From assembly GCA_951406725.2 (NCBI GenBank), contig OX597819.1, positions 53,878,001 to 53,942,000 on the forward strand: a DNA stretch of 64,000 bases, in the 5' to 3' direction. Within the stretch, counting starts at the first letter, position 1; each line of letters begins with the position of its first letter. The position numbers and the translations under genes were made by a program. Shown one piece after another: positions 1 through 11,689 of this stretch. The stretch comes from Octopus vulgaris. Taxonomy: Eukaryota. The notes beneath the pieces are model-generated. The model was not told the DNA's origin. It saw only the letters and a list, made by a program, of their open reading frames with translations, and searched no databases.

Positions 1-129
1 AGCATCACTAGATATGCTAAGCTTTATGCTTGTGATAGATATGGATACAATCTCTCTGCTATCTGGAATTGTTGGAAATTTTAAAATGCACAGGTGATGT
101 TATTAATAGATCCACCGAACTTTCTTATA

Positions 130-381
130 TGGCGAGCTGGCAGAAACGTTAGCACACCGGGCAAAATTCTTAGCAGTATTTCATCTGCTGTTACGTTTTG
201 AGTTCAAATTCCGCTGAGGTCGACTTTGCCTTTCATTCTTTCGGGGTTGATAAATTAAGTACCAGTTACACACTGGGGGTTGATGTAGTCGACTTAATTC
301 CTTTGTCTGTCCTTGTTTGTCCCCTCTATGTTTAGCTCTTTGTGGACAAAAAATAAAAAATAGAATATTTTTAAAAAATAA
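130..381 (+). mobile_element. SINE family A (Nin/Deu-domain-like central region)
   Basis: 13-bp TSD gaactttcttata (117-129 and 382-394); B-box-like gagttcaaattcc; the core ggtcgactttgcctttcat..gataaattaagtaccag recurs many times in the window. Confidence 0.85.
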
Positions 382-560
382 GAACTTTCTTATACTTCAA
401 TAGATTCTATAAAATCTCTGAACACTAGATACATATCAATAAACCTACAATGAATTATGTATTTAGGCAGCCTAGCATATCCTAATATTATTAATACTAA
501 TAATTTGATCATACTTTAACTACCTTTGTATAACATTACTTCTAACAACATATGCCAATA

Positions 561-1847
561 CGAGGGGTGTTCATTAAAGATTTCCCCTGACCCACTTCCA
601 GTTATTGCAGGAAATGGAACTTGTACAGGTGTAATTATACATGTCTCTACATGTCACAATATAAATTGTAGCTTTCCACTAATATTCATTTGTCTTTTAC
701 AACTGCTGAAGTGGACTAAAGTGTTATAATGGAGGCAGTTGAATGCAGATCAGTGATTAGGTTCTTATACTTGAAAGGTCGTACACCAAAAGAGACTTTC
801 AATGAGATGAAAGAAGTTTATGGTGACAATTCATCATCATATGACGTAGTCAAGCACTGGCATTGCCAGTTTAAAAGTGGTTGGACGTCAGTGGAAACTG
901 CTCCTATTACTGGATGACCACATTCTGCCACTGATGATGACACCATCCATAAAGTGGAAGCTGTCATTTTAGAGGATCGCTGCATAACTATTTGACAACT
1001 AGTCGAAGACGTGACGATAAGTGTAGGGTCTATGGAAAAAATAATTCATGACCATTTGCACATGTGGAAGTTGTCTGCATGATGGTTTCCCTGGATGCTC
1101 ACACCTTTTCAGAAGCAGAAATGAGTCAATTGCTCCCAGGCTCTTTTGGCAATGTACCAAGAAAACGAGGAAGATTTTTATGCAGGCTTATCACACAGGA
1201 TGAAATATGGGTCCATTACTACAATCCTGAAACTAAAGTCCAGTCAAAGCAATGGAAGCATGATAACTCATTACCTCCAAAGAAGGCTTGGGTCCAACCC
1301 TCAGCAGACAAGGTGATGCTCACAGTCTTTTGGGACCAGCATAGAGTAGTGATGATGGATTTTCTGGCAAAGGGCAGTACAATTAACAGGACATTATGCT
1401 TTTCTGCTGCAGAAATTGCAGGACACCGTCAAAGTAGGGAGGTGTGGCATGCTGTCAAAGGAGTCCAGTTCCTCCAAGACAATGCCCCAGTTCACAATGC
1501 ACATGTTGCCCAGATGATAGCATGCTCCTGCAGCTATGAAATCCTTCCTCATCCCACTTACTCCCTCGACCTCGCACCATCTGACTTCCACCTCTTTCCA
1601 ACCATGAAGTCTTTTATGAAGGGGAAGCACTTTTTGGATGATGAACTTATTTCCGGGGTAAAGTCTTGGCTCCAGATGCAACCTACCGACTTCTACAGAT
1701 GAGGACATCACAGCTACATAAAGCAATGGGAAAAGTGTATCATCATTGGTGGTGGCTATGTAGAGGAGGACTAATAATTATGTCAAGTTTCATTTATCCC
1801 AGTCCTTGGGAAGTGGATCAGGGGAAATCTTCAATGAACACTTCTTG
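561..1847 (+). mobile_element. Full-length mariner (DD34D, irritans/Hsmar2-like ends); transposase pseudogene
   Basis: ~39-bp TIRs (cgaggggtgttcattaaagatttcccctgacccacttcc; right copy has 5 mismatches) and TA duplication at 559-560 and 1848-1849; 1287 bp. Broken ORF with CRSVIRFL, WFPWML (WVPRxL), TQDEIW, LQDNAPVH and YSLDLAPSD; 34 residues lie between the second and third catalytic D. Confidence 0.93.
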
Positions 1848-3029
1848 TAATTGTAATTTTATATAATTTACAATTTAATAACTTTAATCAATTTGCTTTT
1901 TATACTTGCTTCATCCTCCCTGGTTATGATTTTTACAATTCTGTATAATCCTTATAAATTCTTTTAACATTTATGGCCTTTTTAATTCTTTTATAATTCT
2001 TTGTAATTTATTTTAAATTCTTTTAACATTTTCTGAATGTTCCTCGTAATTTTAAATTATTATTATTATTACTGGTATGACCTATCTACTTAACCTATAT
2101 GATTTTAATAGACTTGCTTTACTCTCAATAATAATAAAGTAACAATATCGATAAAAATATTGGGATTCATGGTTTTTCGAGTTTTTAATGTGACTGTTGG
2201 TTTTGTTTTTCCATCTCTACCAATTCTAGCCTTTCAACTTGTAACTTCATAGCAGTTATATAATCGATCTCTCTAAATTTTGATATTTAACTAATGTAAA
2301 TTTTATACCCTTTATATCTTTTATGTTGATACTGATCATGCCATTGATGTACAAGACATTATAAATTGTAAATGGTTTCTTTTTGTTTTCTTTCTTTTTT
2401 TTTTTTTCTGAGAACGACAATAGCAACTGACTTCAAAAATGTTTTGATAGAGTCAGATGTCATACTCAGCACCTGTTATCTGATGCTATATAAGCCTGTT
2501 TTGCTAGTACCAGTTTTTATGAGTGATGTCACAAAATGTAATGACATCTTAGTTATACTTTTTAACTATTCTATAATTTACAACCATATTCTGCTATCAA
2601 CCCTCTTGATTATAGTTCCACCCACTTTACATTTCTGAAATGTTGGTAATTCTGATTCAAACTTTCATTTGTTAATGATCTGTTGACTCTTCAGCATGTC
2701 ATTGCTCGCTTGTATATTTGGTATATCTGATGAATTGAGGGTTGCATAATGTATTACATGATTTAAAGGAGTTTGTGCATACTACATACCTGAGTATACC
2801 ATGTCACAATTAAGAGTTGACAAAACAATTGTAACTATACCAGATAACCCAATCATCTGTGTTTATTATGTTTTTATGCCACATTTATGGTTCTATTCAT
2901 CCTTGGATTTTCACTTTGATATACCTAGATCCTTAATGGATCTCCTTTAACACACACACACACACACACTACACAGCATACAAAATTACATGCCCTAGTG
3001 AAGGACAATACAACATGAATTGTACATAG

Positions 3030-3264
3030 ATATATATAGACAGATATTCATACGTATGCATGTGTCTATCTGTTTGTGTCTATATATGTATATGTGAAAA
3101 TATTTGTGTGTATGTGCATATATATATATATATGTATAGATAAATAAATAGATAGATATATATGAGTATGCGTGTTTGTGTATGTGTGTGTCTGTGCGCA
3201 TATGTGTGTGTGTGTATATATGTGTATGCATGTGTTTGTATGTGTGTGTGTGCACGTGTGTGTG

Positions 3265-3310
<46 letters not shown>

Positions 3311-3435
3311 TATACATGTGTGTGTATGAGTGTGCATATATATGTGTGTGTATATATACATACTTATACACACACACATGCACCACATACTGATGTGTAC
3401 ATACATGCACACATACACATGCACACATGTGCATA
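3030..3435. repeat. Compound (TA)n/(TG)n/(CA)n microsatellite
   Basis: Visible dinucleotide runs; they explain the overlapping low-complexity ORFs. Confidence 0.9.
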
Positions 3436-4319
3436 ATTTTAGTTTTAATGGGGTGGCATAAAGGATAGGGCTGTACCTATGCCCATCACAGGCATTAGGA
3501 GTGGGAATTGAACCTTTTATATATACCTCTTATATTCACTCCAATATCAGACTATTTTCTATAACCTATACATGGTGAATACTTATAAACTTAAAGCTTA
3601 TAATTATTATTTACAGAATTTTCACTTGTCACCATTTCTTAATTTAACACAGAATACACACATCTTTGTTTGTTTACATAACGCTATGAAATTATAGTTG
3701 TTAAATATAATAGAAAGAACTCAGATGGTCAAGTTGGTGTAATTGGTCAGCACACTTATCATCAATATAAGAGATGTGGGTTTGATTCCCCCATGTACTT
3801 ATACTCATTTTTTTTTTCCATCAAGGGATTATATGCTCCAATATCAAAATATTTTCTATAGCTAGTACACGGTGAATTCACCACAGTGAATGACCTAGTG
3901 GTTAGGTTGTTGCACTTGTAATTGTGAGATTGTGATTTCAATTCCTACACCAGGTGGTGTGTTCTTGATCAAAACACTTCATCTCACATTGTTTTGTGAT
4001 CACTTTGACACCTGACGTGTGGTAAACAATGCACCTCTGTTCAGACAACATTGATTTGATGGAGAGAGTGAGCTAATTTGTGGCACAAACATTTGATCAC
4101 TATAAACAAATCATGTGTGCAGATTGTTTGGCAAAAGCTGAATGCTAGTATGTTGTCTTTGATGGGAGAGTCCATCATATATATGTGTATATATATATAT
4201 ACTCTAGGTATGGTCGATGAGTTCAGTAAAAAATTTAGATTCAGATGAATATGGTACTTAAGTTGAGGCACCAGAATTTAGTATGGTATTATCCATACAA
4301 TTTAAAATAAGGTGATTAT

Positions 4320-4472
4320 AATCAAAATAAGCAACAAGGATATCCAGAGGTAATGCAGTACAATCGTTTCATGCAACTCCATTTAATTGAACAATGTTCA
4401 TTGTTCAATTAAATGGAGTCATATGAAACGATCATACTGCATTACCTCTGGATATCCTTGTTGCTTATTTTG

Positions 4473-4475
<3 letters not shown>
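4320..4475. repeat. Palindrome with 77-bp arms and a 2-nt loop
   Basis: aatcaaaataagcaacaaggatatccagagg...acaatg TT cattgt...cctctggatatccttgttgcttattttgatt; 5 mismatches. Confidence 0.92.
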
Positions 4476-4515
<40 letters not shown>

Positions 4516-4559
4516 AGGTGTACGTGTGTGTGTGTATATATATAATACACATATACTTC

Positions 4560-5690
4560 AAAGAAACAATTTGTAAAGTTTCAGCTTCCAGTAAAATCTA
4601 CCAATATATTACTATTCTTAATGAAACATATTCTCATGGGGTAGATCAACTATATGAAATAGGAGAAATTTATCCTTTTTATTGGAAATTCAAGGGAGAA
4701 AATGAAACTTGGTCATCTGGTCATGGATTGGCAATAAAAATTATCATTGCTAAACAACTATTAGCCCTTTGTCAAGGTCAAAGAGATTATAACATTAAAA
4801 GTAGATGTGAAGGAGAGGTACTCAACATATTTTATAAACTATCCTCTGAAGACAGCAAGCTGGCAAAACCATTAGGCTATTGAACATAATGTTTAGTGAC
4901 ATTTCTTCTTGGTCTTTATATTATGAGTTCAAATCCAACTGAGATCAAGTTTTCCCTTCATTCCTTGAGAGACAATAAAATAAAGTACCACTCAGGTACT
5001 GGGGCCAATACAATCAACTTATCCCCTCACCTGAAAAATTGATGGTCTTGAATCCTGCAAAAGACCATCATCCCATTCAGGGGGAATATTGTGATCTCAG
5101 TCATGGAAACGGTTTGACTGAGCTTATAAAGCCTAGAGTTCAAGAAATTTTTTTTTTAAATAATGTTTTGACAATCTCAGAAAATGCTTTTTCTGATAGC
5201 TTACATTCTACCTTCTCATAAGCCTATAATAATGACAAGATCCTACTGCTCGGTAACTTCTGATTCTGGTAATTGGTCTGGTGCCATTGATAAGCAGTGT
5301 AGGCGAAAAGAATAGTAATGGTCTGTGTCTGATGTCTTTTTCTAATGAATTTTTCCTCCCTGTGGCAAACACACTGTTCCAGCAACCAATTAATTATAAA
5401 ACAACTTTGATGCATCTTTGATCTGAAGATCGATTACATAATCACTGGAAAATGAAATTAAAAGAGATGTTCGTCTACTCACTCATTCTTTGCAATTAGT
5501 TGGGTATTGAATCGCTCTTTGTTTTGCGACAAAATATTTCAGAACTCTTGAGAAACCAATGCTATCAAAATATCAAAGTTCTTAGATCTGTAAATGTCAA
5601 ATCACTCAAGGCTGAAGATAAGAATTAGATGTAACTGTAAATAATACAGAAAATGGTGAAGAATCTTGGAAGTACCTCAAAAAGTAGCAA
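4560..5690 (+). mobile_element. Degenerate RTE LINE AP-endonuclease fragment, interrupted by a SINE (~4848-5040)
   Basis: LNET..YPFYWK..SGHGLAIK, DKILLLGNF, KENSNGLCLMSF, VANTLFQQP..KTT and IDYII motifs across several frames. Confidence 0.7.
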
Positions 5691-6432
5691 TAATATTTAT
5701 TAGATGAGAGTGTTTTAGGTTAGTGTTCTTAGGCCGAAGTATTTTAAACCAAGTGCTTTAGACCGAGTACATACATCCATGTCTTTAAAAGTATATATGT
5801 ATATATATTTATATGTACCTATAGATGTGTGTATGATAAATGATATGACATCAGTAATATTTGTTGACAAAGGCTCATTTGCTTCCCAACCCCATGTTTC
5901 TGGGTTATGTCCCAATGTTGGTGTGTTTATGTCCCCATAACTTAGCAGTACAGCAAAAGATACCAATGGAATAAGTACCTGCCTTAAAAAAAATAAGCAT
6001 TGGGATCACTTCATTTGACTACAAATTCTTCAAGGTGATGCCCCAGGATGGCCATAGTCTAATGACTAAAAAAGTAAAAGATGAAAGATATATATCTATA
6101 TCATGGCTTAGTAGGTAGAGCATCGAGCTTGTGATTGTGAGGTCATGAGTTCAATTCCTGGACCGGGTTATGTGTTATGTTCTTGAGCAAGACACTTTAT
6201 TTCACATTGCTCCAGTTCAATCATCTGTAGAAATGAGTTGCAACATAAGTGGTGCCAAGCTGAATCTGGTCTTTGCCTTTCCCTTGGATAACATCAGGGG
6301 CATGGAGAGAGGAGGCTGGTATGCATAAGTGACTGCTGGCCTTCCACAAACAACCTTTGCTCAGACATGTGCCTAGGAGGGGAACTTTCTAGGTGCAATC
6401 CCATGGTCATTCATGACCGGAATGGGTAATTT

Positions 6433-6539
<107 letters not shown>

Positions 6540-6646
6540 AAAATTATACAGAACCACTATAGAATTGAAATTTTGAATGAAACACTAGTAAGTCATTGGT
6601 GCATTAATTTGTCGCTGGACAATTTATTATAAACAAATGATAAATT

Positions 6647-6808
6647 GGCACAGGAGTGGCTGTGTGGTAAGTAGCTTGCTTACCAACCACATGGTTCCAG
6701 GTTCAGTCCCACTGCATGGCACCTTGAGCAAGTGTCTTCTACTATGGCCTCGGGTCGACCAAAACCTTGTGAGTGAATTTGGTTGATGGAAACTGAAAGA
6801 AGCCCATC

Positions 6809-6847
<39 letters not shown>

Positions 6848-7050
6848 TGTGTGTCTGTGCTTGTCTCCCCTCCATCACTTGACAACTAATGTTACTGTGT
6901 TTGCGTCCCTGTAATGTAGCGGTTCAGCAAAATAGACCAATAGAATAAGTACTAGGCTTACAAAGATTAAGTTATGGGGTCAATTTGGTCTACTAATGGT
7001 GAAGCTCCAGCATGGTCACAGTCAAATGACTGAAACAAAAGAAAAAAGAG
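6647..7050 (+). mobile_element. SINE family B (tRNA-derived head, CORE-like accttg(g/a)gcaagt, internal (TA)n)
   Basis: ggagtggctgtgtggtaag..ggttcagtccc head and tail gtcaaatgactgaaacaa; near-identical to the copies at 11200, 24490 and 55310. Confidence 0.82.
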
Positions 7051-7380
7051 TAAAAAATAATTTGTATCCCAAATTCAATGTTTACAATGCTTTACGAAAA
7101 TTGTTTAAATATTGGTAGAATTAGTAAATATATATATATATGTATTAGATAGGATTGATTTGATTTCACTTGCCTCAACAGGTCTGTGAAATCAAGTCAA
7201 TCCTATCTAAGACATATATATATATTTACTAATTCTACCAATATTTAAACAATTTTCGTAAAGCATTGTAAACATTGAATTTGGGATACAAATTATTTTT
7301 TATTCTTTTTTTTGTTTCAGTCATTTGACTGTGGCCATGCTGGAGCTTCACCATTAGTAGACCAAATTGACCCCAGAACT
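6970..7380. repeat. Long near-perfect inverted repeat (arms ~200 bp, 16-nt loop)
   Basis: 6970-7169 matches the reverse complement of 7186-7380; loop 7170-7185 is ttgcctcaacaggtct. Confidence 0.93.
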
Positions 7381-7825
7381 AATACTTATCCTACTAATAG
7401 GATAAATAAAAAGAACTTCCATTTCTTTCTAAATAACAGAGCCTTTCTTTGAATATTAATACCAACCTGCATGCTGTAGGTTTCTGAGTTATTACACTTA
7501 ATCTTTCTACAGGGCTCTTTTATCCTTTCTTTCTGCCAACAAGGAAATTTTGAAGAAGCATACTGACTATTGGAGGGGCAATTTGGTGAAACAGGATTCA
7601 AAAACCTAAGCTTCAAACTGCACCAGCCAGTTTTTTCATAGCTTATCTCCTACTGCCCTCCTTACAAATCTGCTCCTTGATCCCTGCTACTTTCCTTACA
7701 AATACTATTGTCATGTCAATCTACTCTTTATGTACTCTATATGTTATGTCCTTCATATACTCTCTATTCTATGTTACTCTGAATCCTTGGCTTTTCTTTA
7801 ATATTGGCAATATTACTCTAAAACA

Positions 7826-8233
7826 AGATGGTCAGCTGGCAGAATCTTTAGCATGCCAGACAAAATGCTGCATTTTGTCTGTTTTTATGTTCTGAGTTCA
7901 ACTTTGCCTTTCATTCATTGGTATTGATAAAACAAGAACACTGGGGTTGATGTAGTCAACTTACCCCCTCCCCTGAAATTCTTGCCCTTGTGCCAACATT
8001 TGAAAACATTATATGAGGGCAATGATCTGGTAGAATTGTTAGCATGCTGGGCAAAATGCTTAGCAGTATTTTGCCCGTCTTTATATTCTGAGTTCAAATG
8101 CTGCTGGGGTAAGCTTTGCCTTTCATTCTTTTGGGAGTCGATAAATTAAGTACCAATTGAGCATTGGGGTCGATGTAATTGACTAGCCCACCTCCCTGAA
8201 AATGCTGGCCGTGTGCCAAAATTTGAAACCAAT
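7826..8233. mobile_element. Cluster of SINE family A pieces
   Basis: Repeated gcagaat..ttagcatg, ctgagttcaa and ctttgcctttcat motifs. Confidence 0.7.
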
Positions 8234-8986
8234 ATTACTATAAAACAATATTTTTTATGAATTGACTCATTCAGACTTTAATGTAACATTAAACATTACA
8301 AATATCAGTTGGAGACAGAAAAGAAAAATATGTTCATTTAACAAGGCTTAAACCATTTACCTATCAATTTCTAGACAACTGTATTACCAACAACACTACA
8401 GAACCCCTGTCTTTCTATACCCTCAAGTTAGATACCATAATTTTTGTATGCATTTTTTACCAATGATATTTTTATCTCCATAAGAAAATTTGTTATTTAG
8501 CAGTAGTAGACATGAAAGATAGACATGTGATCAAAGTAAACTTATGTTGGCCTTTTCTTTTTTTTATGTTTTACATTGGTATTTACAATGTCTGATACCA
8601 TCTGATTTATGTAGTTGATATTTCATGTTTCTCTGTTCAAAATATATTAAATTCAACTTTCTAGTTTTACTGAAATATGTACTAGTAATATCCTAGGGTC
8701 AATTTCATATGCTGCACAATACCAGTATATTAACAAATATATGAGTAATTATCAAAATAAATCATAGCATTATTGTTGCTGTTGTTGTTAGCATGCTGGA
8801 TAAAATGCTTAGGTAGCATTTCTTCTGCCTTTACATTCTGGGTTCAAATCCTGCTGAGACCAACTTTGCCTTTCAACCTTCCGTGGTCAATGAAAATAAA
8901 GTACCAGCCAAGGACTGGGGTCAATGTAACCAAGTAACCTCCTCCCTTCAAAATTGCTGGCCTGGTGCCAAAATTTAATGTCACTA

Positions 8987-9013
8987 CTATTATTATTATT
9001 GTTATTATTATTA

Positions 9014-9096
<83 letters not shown>
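8987..9096. repeat. (TTA)n-(TAG)n compound microsatellite
   Basis: Visible directly. Confidence 0.95.
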
Positions 9097-9097
<1 letters not shown>

Positions 9098-10705
9098 AGA
9101 GAGCAGTGCATGCCATCAAAGTGACACTGGAGTAAAATATACGAAGCCCAATATACCCACCATGACTATCTGTCTGATAAGGGTACACCAGGCACATGCA
9201 TCACAACCATATGTGCCTGACATGGTGAGCTCATATCAAAATAAACAGCACATGACCTTGCAGGTGGGACCCACGTCAAAATAGCCCATCCTGCTCAAAA
9301 GGTCCCTGAATAAGGGTCGTTTGAGGATGATGAACAAAATAGCCATGTTTCCAGACATGAATTATTCAAACCCCAAAGAATTCCTTTCAACACACGGCTA
9401 TGATGCTCCCTCACTACTTCTACTCATGATCAGAGATGCACATATCATCAACCACCAAGGGACCTGCTCAACTGGACAAGCCTTGCTATATTATCATTGC
9501 ATCTCTTATAGTCCTTCTGGGCTAGTGGCATACATTGGCTGGTAATGTGCCATACGGTTTCACCATTTTGTCCACAGATTCTGCACTTATCTCTTTCTGC
9601 TGTGTTGTTTATTCTGTATTTTATGTAGTTTGTTCTTAGTGCTTGCTCTTAGTGCTTGCTCTTGGGCAGCACAGATTAGAGCCTCCGTTTCCAGTTTTAA
9701 ATCACTTCTAGTCATCCACAGCCATCTTTTTTCTCTGTCTGTCTTATCTTCAACATCCCTATGAAATTGTCCATGCATTCTTTTCTTTACCCACCTATTT
9801 TCAGTTTCATTCGTTTTCAATTGCTTGTACAGTGCTTTATTTTTGCAATCTTTCATCCTACACAAGCCTGACCTTCTTACTTCTAATAATAGCGGTTCTG
9901 TGGCATTTTTTACATACCATGCTATGTTGTTTTCTTCTGCTCTAATGCTGTGTTTGCATCCAGCAAGTCCTCTTCCCTCTCTTTTTCTTGGAACATACAG
10001 TCTATCTGTGTCACTTTTGGGGTGGAGTGTCCCATATCTAGTTAGCAACTTCCCTGTCTTTTTGTCTAATCTGTTTAGCTCGTCTACTGTCCATGTGATT
10101 ACCCCTGCTCCATATCTAAGGAGTGAAATCGCTCAGGTGTTGATAGCTTCAATCTTACTCCATCCATTTAATTTCAACTTAAGGATCGGTCTCAGTCTGC
10201 AAGTACTCCACTTTAAATTTTTCTGTCATTTCTTTCTCCATCAATTTATCCATTTCCAAAGTCCCCAAGTACTTATAGCCCGTCTCTTCTATCTGCTTCA
10301 TAACCTCCACCGACGGTATCGTTAGCCCATCCATACATTTGATTTTGCCTCTCTTCAAGACTAACACACCACACTTTCTCAGTCCAAACTCCATTCTGAT
10401 ATCAGCACTGAAAGTATACACTGTATCAATGAGGGAACTGACTTGGGCTTCATCTTTACCATAAAGTTTGGGGTTATCCATGAGTAACAAATGGTTGACT
10501 TTTTGTTGGTGGCTTTTGAATACGAACCCAGCTTTTGCTTTCCTCAGAATTAGTGTTAGCAATATCAAACACAGTACAACGATCAGTGGGGACAGGCAGT
10601 CCCCTTGGAAGATGCCCCTCCTGATTTCTACTGTCCCTAAACTTCTTCCATATGCTGTCAAGTCCGTCCTCCAATTCTCCATACTTCTTCCAAGCAATCG
10701 CTCAA

Positions 10706-10706
<1 letters not shown>
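9097..10706 (-). mobile_element. R4/Dong-clade non-LTR retrotransposon, 5'-truncated and internally deleted
   Basis: RT motifs RRGIFQGDCLSPL, NHLLLMDNPKLY, MEFGLRKC and YKYLG; then DRLYVPRKREGRGL, MHGQF, ETEALICAAQEQAL and the CCHC knuckle CRICGQNGETVWHITSQC. Flanked by (TAA)n-type repeats on both sides. Confidence 0.88.
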
Positions 10707-10765
<59 letters not shown>

Positions 10766-11199
10766 CAGTTATTATTAAACCATCATCCACACTATCAATC
10801 AATAATAGCCATGTATTACTGACTTGTGGGTTTGTATCAAAGAGCTACTGTTTTGTGTAGGATAAATCTATAGAAGAAATCAACATGCCATCTTTCTTTG
10901 ACAAAGAAGGGCTACTAACCTTTCTCTGTCTTCTGATTACCACCAAAGAAATTGAGAGGTGGGTTTGTCAGAAAGATTTGAAGACATTTTCCTTTCTGGC
11001 CAAGTTCTCATCAACTTCAAGTTCTAGTTGAAAAGGAAGAGGAAGGTTGTGTAGGAGGTGCTATCTTTTAGGGTGTTTAACCCCTTTGTTAACATATCTC
11101 TGTTAAAATACACTACTATTGTGTCAATTTTGAAAATGAAAAATTTAACAAAATAAATTTGTCATTACTAAGCAGGTGTTTGAAACATAAATTAACATA

Positions 11200-11361
11200 G
11201 GCATATGAGTGGTTGTGTGGTAAGTAGCTTGCTTACCAACCACATGGTTCGGGGTTCAGTTCCACTGTGTGGCACCTTTGGCAAGTGTCTTCTACTATAG
11301 CCTCAGGCCAGCCAAAGCCTTGTAAGTGGATTTGGTAGATAGAAACTGAAAGAAGCCCGTC

Positions 11362-11392
<31 letters not shown>

Positions 11393-11590
11393 TGTGTCTG
11401 TGTTTGTCTCCCCAACATCACTTGACAACCGATGCTGGTGTGTTTACGCCCCTGTAACTTAGCAGTTCAGCAAAAGAAACTGATAGAATAAGTACTAGGC
11501 TTACAAAGAATAAGTCCTGGGGTCGATTTGCTCGACTAAAGGTGGTGCTCCTGCATGGCCACAGTCAAATGACTGAAACAAGTAAAAGAG
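11200..11590 (+). mobile_element. SINE family B copy, inserted in a TTAA-type MITE
   Basis: Full-length match to the 6647 and 55310 copies. Confidence 0.82.
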
Positions 11591-11689
11591 TATTTAGATG
11601 ACTTTCAAACAGGAAATTTGTATCATGGAACCAGGGATAGTCTCATGTTGGTTGATATCATAAGAGTTAATGAAAGATAGATGAAAGTG

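Noticed and set aside
2995-3436. Overlapping HT/YI/CV-rich ORFs (also at 6435, 14727-15416, 25296, 26442-26946, 31005, 32415 and 33775)
   Set aside because: They are translations of stop-free di- and tetranucleotide microsatellites, with no splice or domain support.
5445-5590. Apparent minus-strand splice signals suggesting a small exon
   Set aside because: The + strand translates as RTE endonuclease remnants, which explains the region better.
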